Shown: positions 48,330 to 58,042 of the stretch, one piece after another | Layout: every line of letters begins with the position of its first letter | Numbering within the stretch: position 1 is the first letter of the stretch | Assembly (NCBI GenBank): GCA_964409365.1 | Contig: CAYPCX010000006.1 | Span: 21,012-85,011 of the forward strand | Source of the DNA: an uncultured Planctomycetia bacterium | GTDB taxonomy: Bacteria; Omnitrophota; Gorgyraeia; Tantalellales; Tantalellaceae | Reading direction: 5' to 3' | Length of the DNA: 64,000 nucleotides | The notes under the pieces: model-generated | Database searches by the model: none | What the model was told of the DNA's origin: nothing | The model's input: only the letters and a program-made list of their open reading frames with translations | Made by a program: the position numbers and the translations under genes

Positions 48330-49082
48330 TTAACGCGTACTTACATCCGTACCGCGTGATTCCTCTTCTCTTCTCTGTCTATCTATTCTTTCCCTCTCGC
48401 GCCTCGACGGCTTGCTCAGGAGCTTCCAGGGATGCGCTTTGATGTCCGCGACGAAATCCTCGAGGTCGTCATAGATCTTCTCTTCCACCAGGAGCTTCCC
48501 TACGGTGCCTTCGCCGTTCTTCAGCCGGCCGAAGATGACCTCCAGGTCGTTGTATATCGTGTCGTCCACGAGAAGCTTCCCGAGGGTGCCCTGGCCTTCC
48601 TTGACGTTCTTCATTATGTCCGTGAACGTGCTTACCAGCTCCGTCATCTTCTCCATCTGCTGTCCCACGTTCACCGGGTTCTTGCCTATTATGGTATCCC
48701 CTTCCTTGAGAAAACGGTCGGATGTGCCGGGAGTGAGCTCGAGGTACTGCTCCCCGAGCAGGCCCAGGGTATTTATCCTGGCGACCGCGTCCGTCTCGAC
48801 GCGGGCGTCGCCTTTTACCCATACCTCCAGTTTGACACGGGTCCTGCCGACTTCCTCGTCATAATAGACCTTTATGTCCTTGACCTCGCCGACATGCACG
48901 CCGGCCAGCCGCACCGGGGCGTTCTCGGTTATACCGTTAACGTAATCGAAGATGGTGCCTACGCGGTACCCTCTTTCGAACCCGTAAAAATCACTCACCG
49001 AAAAGACGATCAAGAACATGAGAAAGATACCTATCCCCATGAACAAACCCACTTTCAGCTCAAGTTTTTCGTCCCTGAACAT
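48330..49082 (-). CDS. mlaD: MCE/MlaD family protein
   Basis: KVGLF TM segment; VRLAGVHVGEV and GLLGEQY motifs. Confidence 0.9.
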   Translation of the reverse strand: MFRDEKLELKVGLFMGIGIFLMFLIVFSVSDFYGFERGYRVGTIFDYVNGITENAPVRLAGVHVGEVKDIKVYYDEEVGRTRVKLEVWVKGDARVETDAVARINTLGLLGEQYLELTPGTSDRFLKEGDTIIGKNPVNVGQQMEKMTELVSTFTDIMKNVKEGQGTLGKLLVDDTIYNDLEVIFGRLKNGEGTVGKLLVEEKIYDDLEDFVADIKAHPWKLLSKPSRRERERIDRQRREEESRGTDVSTR

Positions 49083-49105
49083 ACGTCACCCCTTTTCTAT
49101 ATTAC

Positions 49106-49933
49106 CTAAACTCCGGCCGCCGGCCGCGGGGTGTGATGATCACCGATCGTAGTGATCGGCCCTTTGGCCTCACCGCTTATGAACTGTCTTACTATACTGT
49201 TGGACGAATTCCTGATCTCGTCCGGTGTCCCTATCTCGATTATGTTCTTATCGTACAGCATCGCTATCCTGTCGGCTATCTTGTACGCGCTTTTCATGTC
49301 GTGCGTCACAGTTATTGACGTCGTTTTCAGCGTGTTATGCAGGTGTCTGATAAGTTCGTTTATTATATCGCCCATTATGGGGTCCACGCCCGTGGTAGGC
49401 TCGTCGAAAAGTATGATCTTGGGCGTCATACTGATGGCCCTTGCCAGCCCCACTCTCTTTTTCATGCCGCCTGAAAGCGCGGCGGGCTTGGCATGCTCTA
49501 TGCCTTCCAGCCCCACCATCCTGAGGCTTTCGGCGACACACTCCTTTATCTCGTCAAGCGTCAGGTTAGTGTATTCGAACAGCCGGAACCCCACGTTCTC
49601 GAGGACGCTTAAGGAATCGAAAAGCGCCGCCCCCTGGAAAAGCATGCCGAAGTCCATCCTTATCCTGTTAAGTTCCTTGCTGCTCATATTGGTTATGTCC
49701 GTACCTTCCACCACGACCTTGCCGGAATCGGGCCTCAGAAGGCCGATGATATGCTTGAGAAGAACGCTCTTACCGCAGCCCGAACGGCCGATGATCACTA
49801 TGGATTCCCCTTTGTAGATCGTCAGGTCCAGGCCCTCGAGCACCTGGAGACCGCCGAAAGACTTGTACACGTTCTTCAATTCTATTATGGGCTCCCGTCT
49901 GGGCTCCTGTACCGGCTCTTTCCGTGTGTCCAT
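49106..49933 (-). CDS. mlaF: MlaF/Mkl ABC ATPase
   Basis: GRSGCGKS, FQGAALFDS, LSGGMKKRV and DEPT motifs. Confidence 0.92.
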   Translation of the reverse strand: MDTRKEPVQEPRREPIIELKNVYKSFGGLQVLEGLDLTIYKGESIVIIGRSGCGKSVLLKHIIGLLRPDSGKVVVEGTDITNMSSKELNRIRMDFGMLFQGAALFDSLSVLENVGFRLFEYTNLTLDEIKECVAESLRMVGLEGIEHAKPAALSGGMKKRVGLARAISMTPKIILFDEPTTGVDPIMGDIINELIRHLHNTLKTTSITVTHDMKSAYKIADRIAMLYDKNIIEIGTPDEIRNSSNSIVRQFISGEAKGPITTIGDHHTPRPAAGV

Positions 49934-49940
49934 ATCCTCC

Positions 49941-50750
49941 TTATCTGAAAATAAAGTAGAACATCGCCGTGAAGAAACAGTCGGCGATTATTATCAAGAT
50001 GAAACTCCTTACCACGCTGGAGGTCGTCGCCCGCCCCACGCCTTCGGCGCCGCCTTCCGCGTTCATGCCTTCAAAACACGCTATCACGCATATGATCACC
50101 GCGAACGATACGCTCTTTACCAGGCCCGTCATCACGTCCTTTATTTTAAGCGGATCCCAGGTCATCTTCACGTACATCGCGTGCGTTATATTAAGCTTTC
50201 CCACTCCGACGAGGTACCCGCCTATGATCCCGAAGATATCCGCATAGATCGTCAAAAGCGGCACCATGACAAGAAGCGCGAGGAACCTCGGCACTACCAG
50301 GTATTGTATCGGGTTGGTCGAAAGCGTCTCGAGCGCGTCCACCTGTTCTGTGACCCTCATGGTGCCGAGTTCCGCGGTGATGGCGGCCCCGCAGCGCCCG
50401 GCGACTATGAGCGCGGTAAGCACGGGCCCCAGCTCACGGGTGAGCGACAGCGCCACGAGCGAAGCGATATACATCTCGGCCGAGACCTTCTGCATCTGGT
50501 AAGCGCTCTGCAGAGCCAGGACTATACCGGTAAAAAGGCTTATAAGCAGCACTATAGGCGCGCTGGCAACCCCTATACTGTTCATCTGCTCCAGTATCTG
50601 CCATTTACGGTGGGGCGGCGCGATGGTCCAGAAAATGGTCCTCGCCAGAAGTATCGCTACCCCGCCCATGTATACGAAAAAATTGCGGATCTTATTCCGC
50701 GTCAACCTGAATAGCTTCAGCAAAATATCTTTTATTGATACCGGGAACAT
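49941..50750 (-). CDS. mlaE: MlaE ABC permease
   Basis: RELGPVLTAL, AELGTMRVTEQ and GAEGVG motifs. Confidence 0.93.
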   Translation of the reverse strand: MFPVSIKDILLKLFRLTRNKIRNFFVYMGGVAILLARTIFWTIAPPHRKWQILEQMNSIGVASAPIVLLISLFTGIVLALQSAYQMQKVSAEMYIASLVALSLTRELGPVLTALIVAGRCGAAITAELGTMRVTEQVDALETLSTNPIQYLVVPRFLALLVMVPLLTIYADIFGIIGGYLVGVGKLNITHAMYVKMTWDPLKIKDVMTGLVKSVSFAVIICVIACFEGMNAEGGAEGVGRATTSSVVRSFILIIIADCFFTAMFYFIFR

Positions 50751-50761
50751 ATTAACCCCTT

Positions 50762-52276
50762 TTAGAATTCCATTTTATGCTCCAGCCCGAGGAAATCGTC
50801 GTCCTCGTCCAACTGGAACTTGAGATGGTTGCCTTCTTTGTCAAGTTCGTACTCCATACCCAGCTCTTGCTGATCGGACCTCTCATCCACCGCCTTCTGC
50901 CGCCTCTTATCGTCCTGCATGTTCGTTATGATCGTCAGGCGGTCCCTTCGCGCCTTGACCTGGTGTTCGTCCTCTTCTTTCGTTATCTGCCAATCTTCCC
51001 AGACGGCCACCTTGTTGTCGGTATCAAAAACGACTCCTTCGAACACCTTGTTATCCTTCATCCTGCTGAAATCCATCTCGCCGCTGATAAGTATGCACCC
51101 GCCGTCTTTCACCACGCGGGAACCTTCCACCCCTATGACGGGCAGACGTCCCTTAAGGCTGGCCGAGACGGACTTGAATTCCATGGGCCCCAACACGCCT
51201 TGCCCGATGTAAAGCCGGCCTTGTACGTCGGCTTCTTCTATCGGACCTTCAAAATTTATTTCACCCTCCGCCTTTCCGAATATTACCGTCTGGTTGTCTC
51301 CCAGCATCTGGGCGAGCTCCGCGAGTTCCAGGTCTTTGAGCAGCACTTTCAGACGCGCGGGATAGGGCTCGACCGTCTTTACTTCCCCTATCAGCGTCAG
51401 GCCCTCGCCCCATTTCACGTTATCCAGGTGCAAGATCTTTTTCTCCGGGGAGAACCCGCCCCCGATGACGACCTTCCAGAACGGCCTTTTGTTGATAACA
51501 AGGTTCTCGGCCCTGGCCAGGAAAAGCGGCATGCCCGCGTCCTTGTATGAGATCCACACATCGCCTATTATCTCCGTACCGTAAATGCCTACCTTGTCCA
51601 GCCGCGCGTAAACCTTGACGTCATTGCCCTCCTCTATGGCCGCTTTGATCTTGACGTGCCCCTTTTTGCCCTTCAGAGGCAGGAATTCGAGCTCCAGCGC
51701 GCGCCCCGAAGGATCGAGCGTCCCCGTCACCTTCATGCTTCCGTCCCACAGCATATCACAGTCGTACCTGCCGTCTTCTCTTCTGGTGAAAAGGCCCTTC
51801 ATGCTCCTTTTCGTCCTGTCCCCGAAAACCACGGGCGAGATCTCGCCGTTCAGCTCTACTTCGTTCCGGCGTCTTTCCAGTTTTATGTCTCCCCGGACAA
51901 AGGGATTGCTGTCACTGAAATATACGTTCACGTACTTGAGCTCTTGCTCGTCTTCCGACAGTAACCCGAGCCGCTCCAGGACCACCCGCCACAGACGGTA
52001 GGAGATCTCCATCTTCTCGAGACCGAAGACCTCATTTTCCTTATCTTTCCGGGCGCTGAACCTCACGTCGCGAAGCACCATGTCGTGTATCACCCCGCCG
52101 CGGATCCCGCCTATATCCACCGACATCTTGTCGCCCAGAAATCCCGCGACCTTGCTCTCCACCTGGTATTTCATCAGGAACGGCTCCTGGGCGGCCACCG
52201 CGTAAACGGCCACACCCGCCAGGGCAAAGCCGAGGAGCTTTTTCCTGAAATAAGGATGGAACAAAAACCTTCTCAT
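50762..52276 (-). CDS. Hypothetical membrane-anchored beta-rich protein (possibly AsmA/TamB-like)
   Basis: 504 aa ORF abutting clpC; one N-terminal hydrophobic helix, then repeated amphipathic beta-strand patterns; ends in F. Confidence 0.6.
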   Translation of the reverse strand: MRRFLFHPYFRKKLLGFALAGVAVYAVAAQEPFLMKYQVESKVAGFLGDKMSVDIGGIRGGVIHDMVLRDVRFSARKDKENEVFGLEKMEISYRLWRVVLERLGLLSEDEQELKYVNVYFSDSNPFVRGDIKLERRRNEVELNGEISPVVFGDRTKRSMKGLFTRREDGRYDCDMLWDGSMKVTGTLDPSGRALELEFLPLKGKKGHVKIKAAIEEGNDVKVYARLDKVGIYGTEIIGDVWISYKDAGMPLFLARAENLVINKRPFWKVVIGGGFSPEKKILHLDNVKWGEGLTLIGEVKTVEPYPARLKVLLKDLELAELAQMLGDNQTVIFGKAEGEINFEGPIEEADVQGRLYIGQGVLGPMEFKSVSASLKGRLPVIGVEGSRVVKDGGCILISGEMDFSRMKDNKVFEGVVFDTDNKVAVWEDWQITKEEDEHQVKARRDRLTIITNMQDDKRRQKAVDERSDQQELGMEYELDKEGNHLKFQLDEDDDFLGLEHKMEF

Positions 52277-54739
52277 CTACGTTTTGGTCTGTCCAACCAT
52301 CTCGAACTTAAGTTCATTCCCATCTTTCAGGCTCGTCACCTTTATAATGACGCCTTCCCCGAAAGACCCCGACAGGATCTCTTCCGCCAGGGGATTCTCC
52401 AGGTACCGCTGTATGGTCCTTTTCAGGGGACGCGCCCCGAAGACCTTGTCAAACCCTTTCTCGATAAGGAACTCTTTCGCCTGATCGTCAAGCACCACTT
52501 CAAGGTCCCTGTCCTTGACGCGTTCCTGCACTTCCTTCACCTCTATCTCCACGATACGTTTGAGATCCTCGCGGGTAAGGGCCCTGAAAACGATGATATC
52601 ATCCACCCTGTTCAGGAACTCCGGTTTGAAGGTCTTTTTCACTTCTTCCAGGAGCCGTTCCTTCATCTCCTTGTAACTCTCTTCTTCCTTTTGCGTCTTG
52701 AAACCGATCGCGCCCGTTTTCTTGAGCAGGTTCGCGCCTATGTTGGACGTCATGATAAGAACGGTGTTCTTGAAATTCACCTTCCTGCCGTATGAATCCG
52801 TAAGTCGTCCTTCGTCCAGCACCTGCAAAAGTATGTTAAAGACGTCCGGGTGCGCCTTCTCTATCTCATCCAGAAGGACGACCGCGTAGGGCCTTCTCCT
52901 TACCTTCTCGGTAAGCTGGCCGCCCTCCTCATACCCGACGTACCCGGGAGGTGCACCGACCAGGCGGGAGACATTGAACTTCTCCATATACTCGGACATA
53001 TCTATCTGGATAACGGCGTCCTCGTCACCGAACATGACCTCGGCGAGCTTCCTCCCGAGCAATGTCTTGCCCACGCCGGTAGGCCCCATGAAGACGAACG
53101 TGCCTATCGGCCGGTTCGGGGCTTTTATGCCCGCGCGCGAACGGCGTACCGCATGCGCGATGGCGCTTATCGCCTCTTCCTGGCCTATGACGAGCTCTTT
53201 CAGGCTGTCTTCCAGCTTAAGGTATTTTTCCGACTCCTTCTCTTCGACCTTGACCAGCGGTATGCCTGTCCAGTTGGACACGATCGTCGCTATGTCCTCT
53301 TCGTCGACGATGACATCGGCGTTGGTCTGCCCGGTCTTCCATTCCGCGTGTTTTTTCTCCAGATCGGTCTTCGCTTTGCGCTCCAGGTCGCGGAACCTGG
53401 CGGCCTTTTCGAAGTCCTGGCCCTTAACGGCTTCCTCCTTTTCCAGACGGTACTCCCCTATCTTCTTCTCTTCCTCTTTAAGCTCCGACGGCATCACCAT
53501 CGTGGAGAGCTTGGCCCTGGAACCGGCTTCGTCTATGAGGTCTATGGCCTTGTCCGGCAGGAAGCGGCCGCTGATGTACTGATCGGAAAGCTTCGCCGCG
53601 GCTTCCAGTGCCTTGTCGGAGAACTTGACCTTATGGTGCGCCTCATATTTGTCCCTCAGCCCTTTTAGTATCTCTATGGTCTCGGCGACGGACGGCGGGT
53701 CGATCGTGACCGGCTGGAAACGCCTTTCCAGCGCGGGGTCCTTTTCTATGTTCTTCCGGTACTCGTCCAGCGTGGTCGCGCCTATGCACTGTATATCCCC
53801 TCTCTGGAGCGAGGGTTTGAGTATGTTGGAGGCATCGATGGCTCCTTCGGCCCCGCCCGCCCCGACAAGCGTGTGTATCTCGTCTATGAAAACGATAACA
53901 TCGGTGGACTCCTTGATCTCCTTCATCACCGCCTTGATCCTTTCCTCGAACTGTCCCCTGTACTTGGTGCCGGCTATCATCATTGCGAGGTCCAGTATGA
54001 GCACTCTCTTGTTGTTGAGTATCTCCGGCACGTCTCCTGAGTTGATCTTCTGCGCGAGACCCTCGACGATGGCCGTTTTACCCACACCGGCCTCACCGAT
54101 AAGGACCGGGTTGTTCTTTTTGCGGCGGCTGAGGATCTGTATGACGCGTTCTATCTCTTTGCCCCGGCCTATGACGGGATCCAGCTCGTCCTGGCGGGCC
54201 ATCTCGGTGAGGTCCCTTCCGAACGAGTCAAGCGCCGGCGTCCGCGTCTTCTTCTTGGCGCCCTTGGCCCCCTGCGAAACGGAGTATCCCGGTACGGAGG
54301 AACCCAGGAGGTTAAGCACCTCATCCCTCACGCTCTTCAGGTCAAGGCCGAGGTTCAAAAGCACCTGGCTCGCTATACCGTCGCCCTCCCTGATAAGGCC
54401 CAGGAGAAGATGTTCCGTTCCGATATAATTGTGGCCGAGGCTGCGGGCTTCGTCCATCGCCAGCTCTATCACTTTCTTGGCCCTCGGGGTAAATGGTATA
54501 TCTTCACCCATCACCTTGCCGGGGCCCGGCTGCACGAGTCGTTCGACCTCGACACGGATATTTTCGGAATCGAGCCCGAGGCTCGTAAGGACAGCGGCGG
54601 CCACCCCCTCGCCTTCCTTAACAAGGCCCAGCAATATATGTTCCGTGCCGATATAGTCGTGATTGAACCTCTTAGCCTCTTCCTTGGCCAAAAGAATGAC
54701 CTTTCTGGCGCGCTCGGTGAATCTGTTGAATGCAGGCAT
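52277..54739 (-). CDS. clpC: ATP-dependent Clp protease ATPase ClpC
   Basis: Double Clp-N repeat, two AAA modules ([16 protein letters not shown]) and a UVR coil. Confidence 0.96.
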   Translation of the reverse strand: MPAFNRFTERARKVILLAKEEAKRFNHDYIGTEHILLGLVKEGEGVAAAVLTSLGLDSENIRVEVERLVQPGPGKVMGEDIPFTPRAKKVIELAMDEARSLGHNYIGTEHLLLGLIREGDGIASQVLLNLGLDLKSVRDEVLNLLGSSVPGYSVSQGAKGAKKKTRTPALDSFGRDLTEMARQDELDPVIGRGKEIERVIQILSRRKKNNPVLIGEAGVGKTAIVEGLAQKINSGDVPEILNNKRVLILDLAMMIAGTKYRGQFEERIKAVMKEIKESTDVIVFIDEIHTLVGAGGAEGAIDASNILKPSLQRGDIQCIGATTLDEYRKNIEKDPALERRFQPVTIDPPSVAETIEILKGLRDKYEAHHKVKFSDKALEAAAKLSDQYISGRFLPDKAIDLIDEAGSRAKLSTMVMPSELKEEEKKIGEYRLEKEEAVKGQDFEKAARFRDLERKAKTDLEKKHAEWKTGQTNADVIVDEEDIATIVSNWTGIPLVKVEEKESEKYLKLEDSLKELVIGQEEAISAIAHAVRRSRAGIKAPNRPIGTFVFMGPTGVGKTLLGRKLAEVMFGDEDAVIQIDMSEYMEKFNVSRLVGAPPGYVGYEEGGQLTEKVRRRPYAVVLLDEIEKAHPDVFNILLQVLDEGRLTDSYGRKVNFKNTVLIMTSNIGANLLKKTGAIGFKTQKEEESYKEMKERLLEEVKKTFKPEFLNRVDDIIVFRALTREDLKRIVEIEVKEVQERVKDRDLEVVLDDQAKEFLIEKGFDKVFGARPLKRTIQRYLENPLAEEILSGSFGEGVIIKVTSLKDGNELKFEMVGQTKT

Positions 54740-54758
54740 CTTCTATTCCCTCCCCTAT

Positions 54759-55808
54759 TTAAACTTTCAGTTTTTCGCGTATCAAGTCCGACCGTTTGAT
54801 GTCCCTCTCATAGGGCCCGATCTCCTCCCCGCAGATCTTCTGCAGGTGAGCGGGCTGCGTCGTGAGAAGCACCTCGTTTATCATGTTGGTGTCCAGGTCC
54901 TTTAAAAGTCCCAAAGCGGTGCCCAGCCGCACGGCCGAAAGCAGTTTAATAGTCTCGCTCGAAGTTATGATCCTCGCGCTTTTCAGCGTGCCGTGCGACC
55001 TGAATACCCTGTCGGTCAGCTCTTCTTTCCTCTCCTTAAGGAGCATCTCCCTCGTCGACTCTTCCCTTGATATTATCTTGTTAATGACCCTTTCCAGGTT
55101 ATCGAGTATGTCCATCTCGGAATGTCCAAGACATACCTGGTTCGATATCTGGAAAAAATCACCCAGGGCTTCCGTGCCCTCCCCGTAAAAACCGCGCATC
55201 GTGAGCCCCAGCTTGGAAATGGCCTCGTAAACGTTCTCTATCTGCCCCGTCATGACGAGCGCCGAGAGGTGCAGCATGACCGAGGCCCTCAGGCCGGTGC
55301 CGGTATTGGTCGGGCACGACGTCAGGTACCCGAACTTATTGGAATAATCGAACTTCAGGTAATGCGCCAGGTCGGTATCGATGTCGTCCACTATCCGCCA
55401 GGCTTCCATTATGTTGAAGCCCGACTGCAGCACCTGCAGCCGGATGTGGTCTTCCTCGTTGAGCATGGCGCTCACTATCTCTTTCTGTTCGATGACCAGC
55501 CCCTTGTGCGCAACGTCCCGCATGTGCTCCTGGCTCATGAGGTGCCTCTCGACGAGAAATTGCCTGTCCAGTTCGCTGACGTCCTTCATCTTCATGATGA
55601 GGGCTTTTTTGAGATAACCGGTCTTCTTTATCGCGGCGGTTATCTTCTTGAGCGTTTTTTCGCGCTGTTCATCGTCGGCGTGGCTGAAGTAAGAGTGCCC
55701 TTCGATATTCCTCGCTATCCGTACCCTGGTGGAGATAGCTATTTCGCTCCTGGGGCCTTCTCCCTTGAGCCACTCGGTCTTACCCTTCAAAAGATCATCC
55801 AGTTTCAT
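54759..55808 (-). CDS. mcsB: Protein arginine kinase
   Basis: STRVRIARN, NEEDHIR and TSCPTNTGTG motifs. Confidence 0.95.
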   Translation of the reverse strand: MKLDDLLKGKTEWLKGEGPRSEIAISTRVRIARNIEGHSYFSHADDEQREKTLKKITAAIKKTGYLKKALIMKMKDVSELDRQFLVERHLMSQEHMRDVAHKGLVIEQKEIVSAMLNEEDHIRLQVLQSGFNIMEAWRIVDDIDTDLAHYLKFDYSNKFGYLTSCPTNTGTGLRASVMLHLSALVMTGQIENVYEAISKLGLTMRGFYGEGTEALGDFFQISNQVCLGHSEMDILDNLERVINKIISREESTREMLLKERKEELTDRVFRSHGTLKSARIITSSETIKLLSAVRLGTALGLLKDLDTNMINEVLLTTQPAHLQKICGEEIGPYERDIKRSDLIREKLKV

Positions 55809-56325
55809 CGTTACCGGTATTTCCCTCTATCTTGTCCTCAAGCTCCTTGACCCTGTCGCGCAGCATGGCGGCTTTCTCGAACTCCTCGTTCCGCACCAGC
55901 TGGGCCAGTTCCTTCTTAAGACGCTGCAGGTCCTGCTGGGCCCTGTAAACCCCTTCGCCTTTGAAAGGCATCTTGCCCACGTGCTTGTCGGCCCCGTGTA
56001 TCTTGCGGAGAAGCTCGCTGAGGTTCTTTTCGAACGTCTCGTAACACTTGCCGCAGCCCAGCCTTCCCGTCTTCTGGAAATCGAAATACGTCGAACCGCA
56101 GCCCGGGCACTTTACGTCGATCTCTTCCTTTATCCGGCCTTCCGGGATGGCGGGTCCCATGTCCATCAGGCCCGCCAAAAGGTCCGTCAGGCCGAAATGG
56201 GAATGCATTTCTTCACTTTTCTCCTTCGCGCACTGTTCGCAGAGATGAAGCTTCGTCACCTCATCGTTTATGACCTCGGTAAGGTGTACCGTGGCTTCGC
56301 GCCTGCCGCATATATCGCATTTCAT
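55795..56325 (-). CDS. mcsA: McsB activator McsA
   Basis: Four CxxC motifs, GRLGC..CY and UVR domain EEFEKAAMLRD. Confidence 0.94.
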   Translation of the reverse strand: MKCDICGRREATVHLTEVINDEVTKLHLCEQCAKEKSEEMHSHFGLTDLLAGLMDMGPAIPEGRIKEEIDVKCPGCGSTYFDFQKTGRLGCGKCYETFEKNLSELLRKIHGADKHVGKMPFKGEGVYRAQQDLQRLKKELAQLVRNEEFEKAAMLRDRVKELEDKIEGNTGNDETG

Positions 56326-56349
56326 ATTGTCCTCGTAAAACGCTTGTTT

Positions 56350-56420
56350 CAGAAAACAGGAATCAGACGTCAGATTTCATACAATTCTGTCCTCTGTCTT
56401 CTGCCATCTGTCCTCTGTCT
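56350..56420. repeat. Inverted heptamer arrays (CAGANNN)n ... (YTCTGTC)n
   Basis: cagaaaa caggaat cagacgt cagattt ... ttctgtc ctctgtc ttctgcc atctgtc ctctgtc. Confidence 0.88.
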
Positions 56421-57293
56421 TTAATACTCTACGCCTTCCGTTTCCGTGACCTTCCTGAAATCCGCCAGGAGCTGTTTATATATCGGGCCCGGCTTGCCGG
56501 TGCCTATGGGCTTGTCGTCCATCTTGATCACGGGTATTATCTCGGCGGCGGTGCCGGTCAGGAAGCATTCGTCCGCTTCGAAGAGTTCTTCGGGATACAT
56601 CTTTTTGTATTCCGTCTCTATCCCCCTTTTCCGCGCCAGGCCTATGACGAGGTCCTGCGTCACCCCTTCAAGAGCGCCGATCTCCGACGGCGGGGTATAG
56701 AGCCTGTTATCTTTGACCAGAAAGATATTGTCGCCGGTACATTCGGCGATGTACCCGTCAAGGTCCAGCATCACGGCCTCCGGCGTCCCCGCGTCTATCG
56801 CGTCTATCCTCCCGAGGATGTTATTCAGGTAATTCAGCGATTTTATCCTCGGATCGACCGTTATGGGGTGATTGCGCCTGGTCTTCGCTATAGTGATCGG
56901 CAGGCCGCTCTTATAGAGCTCCGGGGGATACAGATCTATCTTGTCCGTGATTATGAAGACCGTGGGCTTTTCGCACTTGCGGGGGTCAAGCCCCAGATCT
57001 CCGATGCCTCTGGTGACGACGACGCGTATGTACGCGTTGTCCAACTCGTTCATTTTCAGCGTCTCGACTATTTTTTCCTCGAAATCCCACTTCGTGATGG
57101 GGATCTCCAATCTTATGGCGTCGGCGCTTTCGTACAAACGGTTGATATGCTCCTCCAGCCGGAAGACCTTCCTGTTGTACGACCGTATGCCTTCGAAGAC
57201 ACCGTCCCCGTAAAGAAGGCCGTGGTCGAACACGGAGACCTTCGCGTCTTTTTTTTCCACGAACTCGCCGTCAATATATATCTTAAGCTCCAT
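56421..57293 (-). CDS. ilvE: Branched-chain amino acid aminotransferase
   Basis: DHGLLYGDGVFEG, KSLNYLNN and FLTGTAAE motifs. Confidence 0.95.
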   Translation of the reverse strand: MELKIYIDGEFVEKKDAKVSVFDHGLLYGDGVFEGIRSYNRKVFRLEEHINRLYESADAIRLEIPITKWDFEEKIVETLKMNELDNAYIRVVVTRGIGDLGLDPRKCEKPTVFIITDKIDLYPPELYKSGLPITIAKTRRNHPITVDPRIKSLNYLNNILGRIDAIDAGTPEAVMLDLDGYIAECTGDNIFLVKDNRLYTPPSEIGALEGVTQDLVIGLARKRGIETEYKKMYPEELFEADECFLTGTAAEIIPVIKMDDKPIGTGKPGPIYKQLLADFRKVTETEGVEY

Positions 57294-57999
57294 GTACTAC
57301 CCTTTCAGTTTGCATATATGAACTTGCGGACATCTTTTCAAGCGTCCCGTCCTTCATCAGGTATTCCGTATGATAAAAATCCCTGTTGAGGCCCTGGTGC
57401 GAGACCACTACGATGCTCATGCCGTTTTCCTCGCTGATCCTGTAGATAAGATCGTATATCCGGACGCTCATCTCGGAATCCAGGTTACCGGTCGGCTCGT
57501 CACAGAACAGTATATCAGGCGAATTGACCAGCGCCCTGGCTATGGCCGTCCTCTGCGCTTCCCCTCCCGAAAGCTGGGAAGGCCTGTGCTTTGAACGTTC
57601 TTCCATGTTCACGGTCCTGAGAAGCTCCATGGCCCTGCCCTTGATCTCCCTTCCCGATGATCTTCCCTTTATCATGGCCGGGAGCATGACGTTCTCCAGT
57701 ACGTTCAGTTCCGGCAGAAGATAATAGAACTGGAAGACGAAACCGAAGCTCGTATTCCGCAGGAAACTCCTTCTTCTGTCCGATAACTCATATATGTCCC
57801 TGTCGCGAAATGTCACACTGCCTTTGGTCGGACGGCTAAGGGCTCCCAGGACCTGCATAAGGGTGGATTTACCAGCCCCGGAAGGCCCGTGTATGTACAC
57901 CCTTTCACCTTTGCGGACGGTGAGATCAACATCTTTCACGGCATGGACCTTATCGGATCCCTGTTTGAACGTCTTGTCTAAATTTTCTACGGTCAGCAT
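57283..57999 (-). CDS. lolD: Lipoprotein-release ABC ATPase (LolD-like)
   Basis: GPSGAGKST, FVFQFYYL, LSGGEAQR and DEPTGNLD motifs. Confidence 0.88.
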   Translation of the reverse strand: MLTVENLDKTFKQGSDKVHAVKDVDLTVRKGERVYIHGPSGAGKSTLMQVLGALSRPTKGSVTFRDRDIYELSDRRRSFLRNTSFGFVFQFYYLLPELNVLENVMLPAMIKGRSSGREIKGRAMELLRTVNMEERSKHRPSQLSGGEAQRTAIARALVNSPDILFCDEPTGNLDSEMSVRIYDLIYRISEENGMSIVVVSHQGLNRDFYHTEYLMKDGTLEKMSASSYMQTERVVHGA

Positions 58000-58000
58000 C

Positions 58001-58042
58001 TCGATCCTCAATACTCACTACTTTATACTCGATACTTTACTC
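58001..58042. repeat. Heptamer array (TCGATAC-type)
   Basis: tcgatcc tcaatac tcactac tttatac tcgatac tttactc; contains the lolC stop and the lolD SD. Confidence 0.75.

Noticed and set aside
56350-56420. CtsR heptad operator upstream of mcsA
   Set aside because: The units are CAGA/TCTG-family repeats found throughout the window, not GGTCAAA-type direct repeats, and no ctsR gene is present.
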